Origin: an uncultured Porphyromonadaceae bacterium
GTDB taxonomy: Bacteria > Bacteroidota > Bacteroidia > Bacteroidales > Muribaculaceae
DNA: 64,000 nt
Reading direction: 5' to 3'
Assembly (NCBI GenBank): GCA_902495075.1
Contig: CABUVO010000018.1
Coordinates: forward strand, 13,228-77,227
The notes under the pieces were generated by a model. It worked only from the letters and a program-made list of their open reading frames with translations, ran no database searches and was not told the origin of the DNA. Below, one piece after another: positions 27,280 through 38,110 of the stretch. Every line of letters begins with the position of its first letter. The stretch's first letter is position 1. Made by a program: the position numbers and the translations under genes.

Positions 27280-30123
27280 ATGGAACCAATCGCAAAACCT
27301 CAGATCATGAAATATCTAAAAAAATATAACATTGGCAAGACCCGCTGGTTGCTTATCGCAGCAGCTTTTTGCGCGACATCCATGATGGCGGCAAACCCGG
27401 AAAAGACAGAGAAGACAGACACAGACTCGATCAAGGGTCGTGACAGTCGCATGCTTCGCACTTCAGCGGTATCAATTATCGGCTCTTCCGACCTCGACAC
27501 CCACTCCACCGACATTCTCAGCAACAACCTCACCGGCAAAGCAGCAGGTCTGACAGTGATGCGCACCACGGGTGACGAACCCGGGAGTGCACTCAGCGAC
27601 ATCTATGTCCGTGGCGTAGGAACCTTCGGCGGCTATCGCACCCCGCTCCTCCTCGTTGACGGCATCGAACGCGACATCAACCAGCTTGACCCCGAAGAGG
27701 TTGAATCTGTAAAAATAATGAAAGATGGTGCAGCCACCGCCATTTATGGCCAGCGCGGCGCCAACGGAGTCGTGCTCGTCACAACAAAACGAGGCCGCAT
27801 CGGTCGCCCAGTAATAGCATTGAACGCACAATATGGATTCCAGCAGCCCACACGTCTGCCGAAATTCCTTAATTCTGCCAGCTATCTTTCACTCTACAAT
27901 AAGGCATTGGTGAATGACGGACTATCCGTGCCATCCGATTCCCGCTATAATCCCGCCAATTACGGAGCCGGCGCGGATCCCTATCTTTTCCCTGATGTCG
28001 ACTGGTATGGCTCAACATTAAGGAAAAGCGCTCCACAACAGCAATACAGAGTGTCGGTGCGCGGGGGCTCAGAGGTGATACGATACTACGTCCTGTTCGG
28101 ATTCATGAAGAAAGACGGTCTATATAATTACACGAAACTCAACAAAGGTTTCTGCACCAACGACAATTACGACCGTTACAGCATCCGATCCAATCTTGAT
28201 GCCTCAGTGACCAAGACACTCAATATCTCACTTGATATCGCAGGACGCATCGAAGAAAAGAACACTCCGAACTCAACAGCCAACGATATCTTCAATGCTC
28301 TGTCAACAATAACTCCCAATGCGATGCCGATCACTTATGCCGACGGTCATATCGCCGGCACATCGCAATATCGTTCGAATCCTTTCGGAATGATATCGCA
28401 CACCGGATATCGCAAAGACCGCAATAAAATACTGCAAATCAAAGCCGTTGCCGATCAACAACTCGACATGGTGACTCCCGGACTCAGTGTCAACGCCATG
28501 GTGGCATACGACGGCAAGTCGGGATATGGCACCGGCAAGCAACAGAAATATGCTGTCTACGAACTCCAAACCGGTGGTAACTATACAGTCTATGGTCAGG
28601 ATACGCAACTGTCTTTGGCTCAGGAAAAGCTTTACGACTATTATCATTACCAGCTCACTTTCGAAGGTAAAGTCTCCTATGACCGCACTTTCGGCAAACA
28701 TGGCGTAAGCGCAGACGTGAAGTATTATCTTAACCAGCTTCGTCTCCAGGGTGACAACCCTCCGTTCACAAGAGAGGGTATCAGCGGGCGCGTAAACTAT
28801 AATTACAACAATCGGTATATCGCAGACGCGACACTCACATGGGATGGCAGCGATGAATACGCACCAGGTCACCGTTTCGGATTGTTCCCCTCAATATCAG
28901 GAGCATGGGTAATTTCTAACGAATCGTTCTGGCGCTCATCGGCAATGAATCTCTTGAAACTCCGTCTGTCGTACGGTATGTCTGGTAACAACAAATCAGG
29001 TCTCGACCGTTATGGTTGGGAATCTCATTGGTCGGGCTTTGATCAGTCGTATGGAGGCTACATATTCGGCAGTGGTTTCGCATGGAGCGATGGTGCCTGG
29101 GAAGGGCGCATTGCCAACCCGAACCTCACATGGGCAAAGAACCACAGCTACAATATCGGTGTAGATATGGATTTATTCAACTGTCTTGAAGTCTCCGTCG
29201 ACGCTTTCTACAATCGTTATACCGATATAGTTTCAGAAAAGGCGAACACCACATCCTCAATCATCGGCGCTCCATACTCCTATATCAATCTCGGCAAGGT
29301 TGCCAACCGCGGTATAGAACTGTCTGTGTCACATAAGAAAAGAATCGGCAAGGTTAACTACTTCGTGAACGGCAACATCTCTTTCGCACGCAACAAAATC
29401 CTTGCCATGGATGAAGTCAGCGGTCTGAAAGAATATCAACAGCGCACCGGCAAATCCGTGACCCAGATGTGGGGTTTGCAGGCAATCGGTTTTTACGCAG
29501 ACCAACAGGATATCGACAATAGTCCGTTGTCAACATTCTACAAGACACGCCCCGGCGATATCAAATACGTCAACCAGAATCCCGCGGAAGACAACTTGAT
29601 TGACGAATATGATGAAGTGCCGATCGGTCATCCCACGGTCCCTGAAATTGTATATGGCCTGTCGCTCGGTGCGGAATATGCCGGATTCGATCTCTCAGCA
29701 GCCTTCAACGGCATGGCAAACCGCTCGGTTTATCTAAACAATGCCTCGATATGGTCGCTGATGAACAACAACAAAGCTACGGCAATAGCCTATGGCGCAT
29801 GGGAAAAGGGTGTTCGCGAAGCTGATGCCACCTTCCCCCGTCTCACCACAGAGAACAACCTCAACAATTTCCGACCGTCATCATTCTGGATCAAGAATGG
29901 AAGCTTCCTGCGACTTGGCAGTCTGGAAGTGGGTTACACAATACCCAACAAATTGCTGAAGAGAGCCGGAATCTCAAAGCTCCGCTTCTACTTCAACGCG
30001 CAGAACCTCTTCACTGCTGATAATCTCGGCAAATATAATCTTGACCCGGAAGTCGTAGATGCCGGAGTCACGGGTTATCCTGTCACCAAATCGTTCAATT
30101 TCGGTATAAACTTGAATTTCTAA
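27280..30123 (+). CDS. susC: Second SusC-like transporter lacking the N-terminal extension
   Basis: Plug motif MKDGAATAIYGQRGANGVVLVTTK; C-terminal FNFGINLNF. Confidence 0.95.
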   Translation: MEPIAKPQIMKYLKKYNIGKTRWLLIAAAFCATSMMAANPEKTEKTDTDSIKGRDSRMLRTSAVSIIGSSDLDTHSTDILSNNLTGKAAGLTVMRTTGDEPGSALSDIYVRGVGTFGGYRTPLLLVDGIERDINQLDPEEVESVKIMKDGAATAIYGQRGANGVVLVTTKRGRIGRPVIALNAQYGFQQPTRLPKFLNSASYLSLYNKALVNDGLSVPSDSRYNPANYGAGADPYLFPDVDWYGSTLRKSAPQQQYRVSVRGGSEVIRYYVLFGFMKKDGLYNYTKLNKGFCTNDNYDRYSIRSNLDASVTKTLNISLDIAGRIEEKNTPNSTANDIFNALSTITPNAMPITYADGHIAGTSQYRSNPFGMISHTGYRKDRNKILQIKAVADQQLDMVTPGLSVNAMVAYDGKSGYGTGKQQKYAVYELQTGGNYTVYGQDTQLSLAQEKLYDYYHYQLTFEGKVSYDRTFGKHGVSADVKYYLNQLRLQGDNPPFTREGISGRVNYNYNNRYIADATLTWDGSDEYAPGHRFGLFPSISGAWVISNESFWRSSAMNLLKLRLSYGMSGNNKSGLDRYGWESHWSGFDQSYGGYIFGSGFAWSDGAWEGRIANPNLTWAKNHSYNIGVDMDLFNCLEVSVDAFYNRYTDIVSEKANTTSSIIGAPYSYINLGKVANRGIELSVSHKKRIGKVNYFVNGNISFARNKILAMDEVSGLKEYQQRTGKSVTQMWGLQAIGFYADQQDIDNSPLSTFYKTRPGDIKYVNQNPAEDNLIDEYDEVPIGHPTVPEIVYGLSLGAEYAGFDLSAAFNGMANRSVYLNNASIWSLMNNNKATAIAYGAWEKGVREADATFPRLTTENNLNNFRPSSFWIKNGSFLRLGSLEVGYTIPNKLLKRAGISKLRFYFNAQNLFTADNLGKYNLDPEVVDAGVTGYPVTKSFNFGINLNF

Positions 30124-30138
30124 TACTTACTTAAAGTC

Positions 30139-31773
30139 ATGAGATATATAAAAGTCATAATGATGATGCTCTGTATGGCATGGGTATCATCATGCGATCT
30201 CCTCGATAAGGATATTGACACCAATCTCGATAAAGACACGGTGTTCAGCGATGAGCGGTTTGCTGCCGGCTTTCTGAACAGTTCATATAGGGAACTTATA
30301 AACGGTTTCAACCGTCTTGACGGCGCAATGTTCGCCTGCGCCAGCGATGAGGCTATCTGTTCATATTCCGGTTCGGCAGTTCATGCTTACAATAACGGAG
30401 CCATCACACCCTTCTATAATCCTGAAAGCGAAATCTGGAACTCGATGTATTCAGGTATCCGCAAATGCAATGTGTTCCTCCGCGAGCTTGACTCCACAAT
30501 CAAGGATGCCGGTCTGATAGACAAGACAGCGCAGACGCAGACACAATACCGCCACATGAGAGGCGAAGCTCTGTTCCTGCGTGCACTATATCATTTCGAA
30601 CTCGCCAAACGCTGGCAGAATATCCAGTATGTAGACAAAGTGCTCGATGAAGAGAGTGCGAAGGATGTGCCCCAGCTTTCTTTTGCCGAAGTCATTGAGC
30701 ATATCGTCAAAGACTGCGATGACGCTACTGAATATCTCGATATTCGTCTGGAATCTACAGATTATGGACGCGCCACCAAGATGTCGGCAATGGCACTGAA
30801 ATCACGGGCACTGCTTTATCTTGCCAGCCCTCTCAACAATCCGGGCAACGATAAAGAATTGTGGAAACGCGCAGCAGACGCAGCCAATGATTTGATGGAG
30901 CTACAGGGCAAAAACAGCTCTGCGTTCGGTCTTCTCAGTGCCTATTACACGATTTTCACCACACCCTATAACAACGAGATACTTTTTGCCACCCAGAGCG
31001 ACAGCTCAAATGAAGTGGAGCTTTACAACAATCCTATCAGTTACGGCGGCAAGGGATATACAAACCCGACCCAAGAGCTTGTAGATGCCTACGAAACCAC
31101 CAAAGGTTATCCTATTGATGACCCACGTTCGGGATATGATCCACAAAATCCATACAAGAGCCGCGATTCGAGAATGGCATATACAATCACCTACAACGGG
31201 CTGAAATTCGCCGGCACGGATGTCGAGACATTTGTCGGTGGCAAGGATGGTCTGAACATAACCCCGACAGCGACCAAAACCGGTTACTATATGCGTAAGT
31301 TCATTGATCAGAACCTTGACCTCTCAATGGGTCAGACACGCCGTCGTCCGTGGATTATCTTCCGCTACGCTGAGATTCTTCTCAACTACGCAGAGGCTAT
31401 GAATGAATATCTCGACGCCCCCGATGACAACGTCTACAATGCTATAAACCAAGTGCGTAAAAGAGCCAAAATCCCACAACTCAACAAACGCATGAACCTT
31501 ACAAAAGAGGAGATGCGTGCACGTATCCACAATGAGCGCCGAGTAGAACTTGCTTTCGAGGAGCATCGTTTCTGGGATGTGCGCCGCTGGGACGAGACAA
31601 GCGTTTTCAACGCCCCTGTTCATGGCGTGAGAATCACAATAGACGGAGACAAAACCAACTACGAATATTTTGAAGTTGAAAACCGCGTGTTTGATTCCAA
31701 ACTTAGGTATTATCCAATCCCACAAAAAGAGATACAGAAGAATCCGGCTTTGAAACAGAACGCCGGATGGTAA
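30139..31773 (+). CDS. susD: Second SusD-like lipoprotein
   Basis: Lipobox VSSC; GEALFLRA; RYAEILLNYAEA; ERRVELAFEEHRFWD. Confidence 0.96.
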   Translation: MRYIKVIMMMLCMAWVSSCDLLDKDIDTNLDKDTVFSDERFAAGFLNSSYRELINGFNRLDGAMFACASDEAICSYSGSAVHAYNNGAITPFYNPESEIWNSMYSGIRKCNVFLRELDSTIKDAGLIDKTAQTQTQYRHMRGEALFLRALYHFELAKRWQNIQYVDKVLDEESAKDVPQLSFAEVIEHIVKDCDDATEYLDIRLESTDYGRATKMSAMALKSRALLYLASPLNNPGNDKELWKRAADAANDLMELQGKNSSAFGLLSAYYTIFTTPYNNEILFATQSDSSNEVELYNNPISYGGKGYTNPTQELVDAYETTKGYPIDDPRSGYDPQNPYKSRDSRMAYTITYNGLKFAGTDVETFVGGKDGLNITPTATKTGYYMRKFIDQNLDLSMGQTRRRPWIIFRYAEILLNYAEAMNEYLDAPDDNVYNAINQVRKRAKIPQLNKRMNLTKEEMRARIHNERRVELAFEEHRFWDVRRWDETSVFNAPVHGVRITIDGDKTNYEYFEVENRVFDSKLRYYPIPQKEIQKNPALKQNAGW

Positions 31774-31814
31774 GATGGCAATTCCAATAACCAAAATTAT
31801 AAAGACAAATATAT

Positions 31815-32258
31815 ATGCGCAATATTTTTCACCTGATGATTTTGGCTGCAATGGCAGCCGGGGTGAGCTCCTGTAGCCAAGATATAAATGAGGGGGTGGA
31901 CTTTGTATCGCCCCGAGTCGCCATGGCTTGCAACACCTTTGAAGTTTCACGCGGAGAGACGGTAGATCTCAATGCTGTGCTTACCGATGAGAGTGGCGTG
32001 GCTTATATATCGCTGGAATATTCCGATTGGAACATAAAGACTGAAGAGGCACTCGACGCGGCAACAACCGGAACTTACACGTTCAATTATTCTTTTAAAG
32101 TGCCTGATGATGCAATGTTGAGCTGGCAAGAGACCTATACCAAGCACGATGGCACAAAATTCGACATCACTCAGTGCTATCACAAAATCGCTTTGACATG
32201 CTATGACGGCGTGAGAAACCAAAACACTATCTATTTCTACGTAAAAGTCAAGGAATAA
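31815..32258 (+). CDS. Small Ig-like lipoprotein (PUL accessory)
   Basis: Lipobox VSSC; beta-rich; follows SusD. Confidence 0.7.
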   Translation: MRNIFHLMILAAMAAGVSSCSQDINEGVDFVSPRVAMACNTFEVSRGETVDLNAVLTDESGVAYISLEYSDWNIKTEEALDAATTGTYTFNYSFKVPDDAMLSWQETYTKHDGTKFDITQCYHKIALTCYDGVRNQNTIYFYVKVKE

Positions 32259-34546
32259 TGAAGACACCGAAAACATTTGCAATATTGCTCGCAGTTATCA
32301 GCCCGCTTTTCGCAAACGCAGAGAAAGTGAATCAGGATCCCGTTGATTTGGTTGATTGTTTCATCGGGACATCAAACTCCCGGTGGATGTTAGGTCCGTA
32401 TGCCCAGCGACCGATGGGCATGGTGCAGATAGGTCCCGACAATCAGGGGAATAAATGGATGGGAGGCTACGAATATGCCATCAACTCTGTGTCAGGATTC
32501 TCTCATCTACACGCCTGGACCATGGGTGGACTGCAGATGATGCCGACCACGGCAGATTTCACGCATACCAATCCCGGACCCGACTCTCCATATAAAGGCG
32601 CAAATGCCGGGTATCATTCGCGAATCCTTAAGGAAACCGAAAAAGCATTCCCCGGATATTATGAGGTTGAGCTGTATGACCACAAAGTGAAAGCTGCAAT
32701 GACTGCAACTACTCGCTGCAGCTTTCAAAAATACACATTCCCGGAATGTAGCGAGTCAAGGATTCTTATAAACCTGCTGTTTCCGACAGAGTGGGACTAC
32801 GGCTTCAAAGTGAAAGATGCCGTCATCACCCGCATAGGGAACGACAGACTGGAAGGGTATGCAGACTGCGTATCCGGCTCCTGGAGTTCTTGGAACGACT
32901 GGAAACTCTTCTTCACCATCCGCTTCAGCAAACCTTTCAAAACGTTCAACGGATGGAAAGGTGGGGATATCTTTGAAAACACGAATGAGATTTCAGGTAG
33001 CGGTGAAATCGGAGGCTATGTGACTTATAATACAGCCGAAGGAGATATAGTGGAGATACAGACCGGTCTCTCATTAGTTAGCCTTGAGGGGGCACGCAAT
33101 AACCTTCAGAAGGAGGTCATCACTCCTTACGGATGGGATTTTGACCGTTGTGTGGCTGACTCACGCGCCGTATGGAATGAACTTCTCGGACGTATAAAAG
33201 TGGAGGGAGGCAAAGAAAGCGACCGCCGCAAATTCTATACAAACCTCTACCGCGCATACGCCGGAAAGCAGACTTGGAACGATGTTGACGGACGTTATCG
33301 CGATGCAGCTGAGAATGTGCGACAGCTTCAGCCCGGACAATGCGTTTATGGAGGGGATGCCTTTTGGAACTCCTACTGGAATCTGAATGGTCTGTGGTCG
33401 ATGGCAGCTCCTGAGATTGTCGACAACTGGGTGACAACACAACTTGAAATGTACAAGCATACCGGATGGACATGCAAAGGACCCGCCGGTATCGAATATT
33501 CCGGCATTATGGAAGGCTCGCATGAGATTGCCCTCATGGTTGCCGCCTACCAGAAAAAGATACGTCGCGACGGAGATGCCATTTATGAAGCGATAAGAAA
33601 GATGGTGACAAACAATGGCGGTCCACATCCCGCCGGCGGAACATATGGGCAAATTGATCTCGACAGCTATGTGCGTTACGGATACATGCCTTCGGATGTG
33701 AATGTAGTTTCCAAAACGCTCGATTATGCCTACGATGATTTCTGCGTTGCTCAGCTCGCCAAAGCTCTCGGCAAGAAAAAAGATGCCAAATGGCTTGAAA
33801 AACGCTCTATGAACTATAAGAATGCCTATCACCCCGAACTGAGGTACGTATGCCGACGCGACAGCCTTGGTCGCTGGGATCCTAATTTCGATATCTTCTC
33901 TAACGAAGGTTTCATCGAAGGTAACTCCTGGCAATATTCATGGTATGTGCCTCATGATATCAACGGACTTCTTGACCTTATCGGTCGTGATGAGGCTCTT
34001 CGTCGACTCTCCGAAGGTTTCGAGAAATCCAGAAAGCACAACTTTGCCGCCCACGTGTTTGACCGCACTATGGGGCAGCGTGCAGAATTCTATGTGAATC
34101 AAGGGAATGAAGTGAATATGAATTCAGCGTTTATATTCAATTATCTCGGCAAGCCATCGCTCTGTCAGCAATACACAAGAGAGATTCTTGACCGTTTCTA
34201 TGGCGACACACCATACAGCGGATGGGAAGGTGATGAAGATGAAGGACAAATGGGCGGCTGGTTCGTGATGTCGGCAATGGGTCTCTTCGAGATGGACGGC
34301 GGTGTCACCGCTAATTCCGAAATGGATCTCACATCTCCGCTATTCAACAAAATCACGATAAAACTCGATCCAAAATATTATTCAGGCAAAGAGTTTGTTA
34401 TTGAAGCTCCGGCAAATTCAGATACCAATCGCTATATCCGCAAAGCGACACTCAATGGCAAGCCTCTCTCAAAGATGCGCATTCCTTTCAAAGATATTGC
34501 AGCAGGAGGCAGACTGGTACTTGATATGTGCGATACACAAAATTAA
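32258..34546 (+). CDS. GH92 alpha-mannosidase
   Basis: DLVDCFIGT, PMGMVQIGPD, GFSHLH, TLDYAYDD, FIEGNSWQYSW (acid), GDEDEGQMGGW (base). Confidence 0.95.
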   Translation: MKTPKTFAILLAVISPLFANAEKVNQDPVDLVDCFIGTSNSRWMLGPYAQRPMGMVQIGPDNQGNKWMGGYEYAINSVSGFSHLHAWTMGGLQMMPTTADFTHTNPGPDSPYKGANAGYHSRILKETEKAFPGYYEVELYDHKVKAAMTATTRCSFQKYTFPECSESRILINLLFPTEWDYGFKVKDAVITRIGNDRLEGYADCVSGSWSSWNDWKLFFTIRFSKPFKTFNGWKGGDIFENTNEISGSGEIGGYVTYNTAEGDIVEIQTGLSLVSLEGARNNLQKEVITPYGWDFDRCVADSRAVWNELLGRIKVEGGKESDRRKFYTNLYRAYAGKQTWNDVDGRYRDAAENVRQLQPGQCVYGGDAFWNSYWNLNGLWSMAAPEIVDNWVTTQLEMYKHTGWTCKGPAGIEYSGIMEGSHEIALMVAAYQKKIRRDGDAIYEAIRKMVTNNGGPHPAGGTYGQIDLDSYVRYGYMPSDVNVVSKTLDYAYDDFCVAQLAKALGKKKDAKWLEKRSMNYKNAYHPELRYVCRRDSLGRWDPNFDIFSNEGFIEGNSWQYSWYVPHDINGLLDLIGRDEALRRLSEGFEKSRKHNFAAHVFDRTMGQRAEFYVNQGNEVNMNSAFIFNYLGKPSLCQQYTREILDRFYGDTPYSGWEGDEDEGQMGGWFVMSAMGLFEMDGGVTANSEMDLTSPLFNKITIKLDPKYYSGKEFVIEAPANSDTNRYIRKATLNGKPLSKMRIPFKDIAAGGRLVLDMCDTQN

Positions 34547-34558
34547 ACACTGAGTATT

Positions 34559-36004
34559 ATGAAAAAAATAAATAAGTCATTGCTGACTGCAGCTATAATG
34601 CTGGGGATAGCAGCAGTTCCGGAATCGGCAAAGGCAATCCCGGTTTCAGGGCAACTCAACCGCCTTGTGGTGCTTGCCAGATTCAAGGATGACCCGGCAT
34701 TTCAAATGTCGCGTAGCGATGTCAACGAAATGCTGAATGGAGACAGTCCGCTTTCTGTGAAATCATATTTCAATACCGTCTCCAATGGCAAACTCACAGT
34801 GGATTCAAAGATTTTCCCGGTTGGCAACGACCCATTGGAAATGACTTACTGCTATTATTGCTATGACAGCTCTGTCGCTGCCGCATATCCGGAATGCAAA
34901 TCTAAAGAGGTGTCAAGGCTCACGGATATTTCCATCGGCTTCGTGATTCGTCAAATCTGCGATGCCGTGGAAAATGATGTCAATGCAGACGACTTTGATC
35001 TCGACAAAGATGGATTCATCGATGACTTTGTAATTATCTTACGTGGAGGCGGCAGAGGCACAGAGAATGGCATTCATTCGTCGCATACAGGAACAGTGTC
35101 CGACCGCTTTATCACCAACAATGGTGAGATATCTCTTGGCGACAAGCGCGTGAGGAATTACACCATACTCTTTGAGCGCACATCGCTGGCAACACAATGC
35201 CGCTATCTGCTCAGCAATCTCGGTTTCCCCTGGCTCTACCTCAAAAAGACAGGAAAGGAGCGACCTGTAGGCACATATGATGTGATGGACGGACCGGAAC
35301 TCACTCTTCCTCTCATATATAACAGGCATAAATATTCCGGCGGTCAGTGGATTGGCGACATCCCAGTTGCTGATGCCAACACCACTTATACTCTTCAGTC
35401 TGCCGACAAACCTGGCATCAATGCATTGCGTATCCCGGCAGGCGACAACGGAGAATACTTCATGGCGGAATATCGTGATGCATCAGGCAACTATACAGAT
35501 GAGTCTGGACTCCTGATATATCGTGTTGCCCCGATAGAAACAGGCACTGCCAACGACGTTCCGGAAGTTTACATATGCCGCTCCTCGGAAAAAGGATTGG
35601 ATGAGGCATATTTCGGAGATAAGTTCGGGCGCACGGCTTTCAACACCGGCAGCGATCCCAAACCGGTTTTCTCAAATGGAAACACAGCCCCGGTTGACAT
35701 TCACGATATTGTCATTGCCGATGGTGTTGCCAAATTCACTACAGGCGATGTTGATAAAACCGCGGTGGAATCAATCGGTGAAAATACGGCTAACCGCATA
35801 GTCTGGGATAGGAATTCACAGAGCATCAGGCTTTATGGAGACTGGATCTACGCAGAAATATTCAATGCCTCCGGAGCAAGTATGCTGCGCATTGATGCTC
35901 CGGCAGAAGTTGAAAATATCGATATCCACCGACTCCCGTCGGGCATTTACATCATCACAGCCTCCTCCTTGTCAGGAACACGTTCAATAAAGATTATCAA
36001 ATAA
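34559..36004 (+). CDS. M6 (immune inhibitor A)-like metalloprotease homologue with degenerate zinc site and T9SS CTD
   Basis: LVVLARFKD, SVKSYF..VSNGKL, DLDKDGFID, YDVMD Met-turn, GEYFMAEYR, SGLLIYRV; HExxH replaced by RYLLS. Confidence 0.8.
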   Translation: MKKINKSLLTAAIMLGIAAVPESAKAIPVSGQLNRLVVLARFKDDPAFQMSRSDVNEMLNGDSPLSVKSYFNTVSNGKLTVDSKIFPVGNDPLEMTYCYYCYDSSVAAAYPECKSKEVSRLTDISIGFVIRQICDAVENDVNADDFDLDKDGFIDDFVIILRGGGRGTENGIHSSHTGTVSDRFITNNGEISLGDKRVRNYTILFERTSLATQCRYLLSNLGFPWLYLKKTGKERPVGTYDVMDGPELTLPLIYNRHKYSGGQWIGDIPVADANTTYTLQSADKPGINALRIPAGDNGEYFMAEYRDASGNYTDESGLLIYRVAPIETGTANDVPEVYICRSSEKGLDEAYFGDKFGRTAFNTGSDPKPVFSNGNTAPVDIHDIVIADGVAKFTTGDVDKTAVESIGENTANRIVWDRNSQSIRLYGDWIYAEIFNASGASMLRIDAPAEVENIDIHRLPSGIYIITASSLSGTRSIKIIK

Positions 36005-36009
36005 TTATA

Positions 36010-37992
36010 ATGACTCCGTTTAATATGAATAAGATATTGAATATAGCATTGGCGTGCCTCTTGGGAACTACGACTGCAACGGCAGCGAACGTGATTCCTA
36101 TGGTAAGCGTCACTGCAAGCAACTCAGAGGGCGCGATGCTTTCGGCAAATATAGCCAACAAATCGGGATTGTCAAAAAACTCACCCGATGGTCTGCACGA
36201 CAATTCCTCAACAGGAGCTACAATGTGGCGCAGCCGTGCGACTCTATATTCCGATGTGCGTGTCACATTCGACCTCCAGAAAGAATATAATCTTGACAAG
36301 ATATATATCTGGAATTTCAATCAGGCAGGTCACACCGATTGCGGAGTAAAGGACATGCGAATTGAATATTCCAACGACAAGAATACGTGGACATCATTCC
36401 CCGTGCCGTCATCCATTGCTTCCAACGATAATGAATCCTATCCCTGGCGGCTGGCACAGGCAAGCGGCGAAGCCGGTCTTGCCGCAACAAATGTAACTGA
36501 CGCCAACGGAAAGTCTGTGCCGGTCGATATGACAGGCATTTCAGCCCAATACGTAAGATTTGTGATTCCACGCACTTTCGGCACCGGAAACTATGGCGGT
36601 GAGGGTATCGGTCTGAGCGAAGTGATGTTCACCACAAACGATGAAATTGCAGGATTGGGAGCCACGGCAAATTTCTCTGACATTACAGGGACTTTCGGCA
36701 ATATGGTGTTCGGCGGATGCCAGAACCCGTCAGTGCCACACTCCAAGAAAGTGCTCACGCAGCTTTGTGATGCAGGGTTCAACTGCATGCGCTGCGATAT
36801 GTGGATAGAAAAAATCGTTCCCCAGAACATTACTCTCGATGATTACAAAAACAATGTCAATGATGTTCAGAACCCTGACACATGGAACTTTGCCGATCTT
36901 GAACTTGCCGTAAGAGCAAAATTGGCTGGAATGAAAGTAATGCTTATTATCGCCTACTGTCCGGCATGGCTGTCTTACAACGGCAAGAGCAATGGCGTGC
37001 CGTGCGACCTGGATGTATACGCAGATATCGTCCGCAAGATTTACAAACGCTATCATTCTTATGTTGACTGGATTGAGGTCTACAATGAACCCGGCTACTT
37101 CCTGACGACAGAAGGAAGTCCTTACACATCAAGAGGAACTGCACTCGCCGACATATATATGACCTGCGTGAATGTTGTGCGCGAGATTACACCCGATATG
37201 CCGATAGGGGGCACATCAGTGGTGACTTCGGGTGATGGCGGTGTGGGAGGAATCACAAACCGCGATTTCTTTGCCGACAAGCGTATCAACAAGGATAATT
37301 TCAATTTCTATTCGCATCACGTCTATGGCGATTATGGCATTGAGACAGTAAAGGAAACACCGACACGCGTCCGCAATCTGCTTGCAAATTTCGGCTTTGG
37401 AGATCTTCCCATCTATTTCACTGAGTGGAGCACATCTATCAACAATGCCGCCGACTCCGTGACATACCGCGGTTCAAAGGCACATCTCTTTGTCGGCAAC
37501 GCCCTCCTCAACTGGATGCGCGATGGACTGACGGGAGCCATGCACTGGAATTATCTCCAGGCAGAAGCTGTAAACGGTGCTTCAGAATCAGGTACTTCAG
37601 CCGATGGTCACGGAATGTATGTATGGGATGTCCGCAACAAAGAGAGCCGTCTGTTGCCTAAAGCGAATGTGTTCCGTCTGCTGTCGAAAACACTTTCTCT
37701 CGGCAAGGCTGAAAACAGCGTAGTGTCATGCAATCTCGACAACGCATCCGACTACATAAACGTTGCATCGTTTATCAGTTCGGATGGTGTAAAGTCAACT
37801 GTGTTCGTCAACAACGATTCCTCAGAAATAACAATCAACCTCACAACAGACACGAAATTTTCATCAGCTGAGATACATACTGTGACCCAATATGCAGATG
37901 GAATTGAGGGGAAAAAGATTCAACCGAATGGAAAGAACCTGACCTTGACCCTCGCGCCCTTGTCTGTAACAGGCATAAAATACGCAAATTAA
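36010..37992 (+). CDS. Discoidin/CBM32-like domain fused to a clan GH-A (GH39-like) hydrolase
   Basis: FDLQKEYNLDKIYIWNFN...AQYVRF...GLSEV beta-sandwich; WIEVYNEP acid/base; FYSHHVY; IYFTEWS nucleophile. Confidence 0.8.
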   Translation: MTPFNMNKILNIALACLLGTTTATAANVIPMVSVTASNSEGAMLSANIANKSGLSKNSPDGLHDNSSTGATMWRSRATLYSDVRVTFDLQKEYNLDKIYIWNFNQAGHTDCGVKDMRIEYSNDKNTWTSFPVPSSIASNDNESYPWRLAQASGEAGLAATNVTDANGKSVPVDMTGISAQYVRFVIPRTFGTGNYGGEGIGLSEVMFTTNDEIAGLGATANFSDITGTFGNMVFGGCQNPSVPHSKKVLTQLCDAGFNCMRCDMWIEKIVPQNITLDDYKNNVNDVQNPDTWNFADLELAVRAKLAGMKVMLIIAYCPAWLSYNGKSNGVPCDLDVYADIVRKIYKRYHSYVDWIEVYNEPGYFLTTEGSPYTSRGTALADIYMTCVNVVREITPDMPIGGTSVVTSGDGGVGGITNRDFFADKRINKDNFNFYSHHVYGDYGIETVKETPTRVRNLLANFGFGDLPIYFTEWSTSINNAADSVTYRGSKAHLFVGNALLNWMRDGLTGAMHWNYLQAEAVNGASESGTSADGHGMYVWDVRNKESRLLPKANVFRLLSKTLSLGKAENSVVSCNLDNASDYINVASFISSDGVKSTVFVNNDSSEITINLTTDTKFSSAEIHTVTQYADGIEGKKIQPNGKNLTLTLAPLSVTGIKYAN

Positions 37993-37998
37993 GAAACT

Positions 37999-38064
37999 TG
38001 TTACCGGAAGAATAGCTTTTGTTACACCAATGAAAGCCATTCTTCCGGAATGGTTGTAACTTGC
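37999..38064 (+). promoter_or_regulatory. Second predicted HTCS binding site and internal promoter
   Basis: TGTTAC at 37999 and 38020 (21-bp period); TAACTTGC at 38057, same 31-nt gap as at 21364-21429. Confidence 0.72.
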
Positions 38065-38110
38065 AGACGTTTTCGAAACAACAATAAGTTTAACTTTAAT
38101 ATAAGTCTAC

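Noticed and set aside
33161..33934. Long antisense ORFs (also 13811-14443, 14707-15369, 31324-31950, 43496-44152)
   Set aside because: They lie opposite well-supported genes and show no domain motifs; treated as shadow ORFs.
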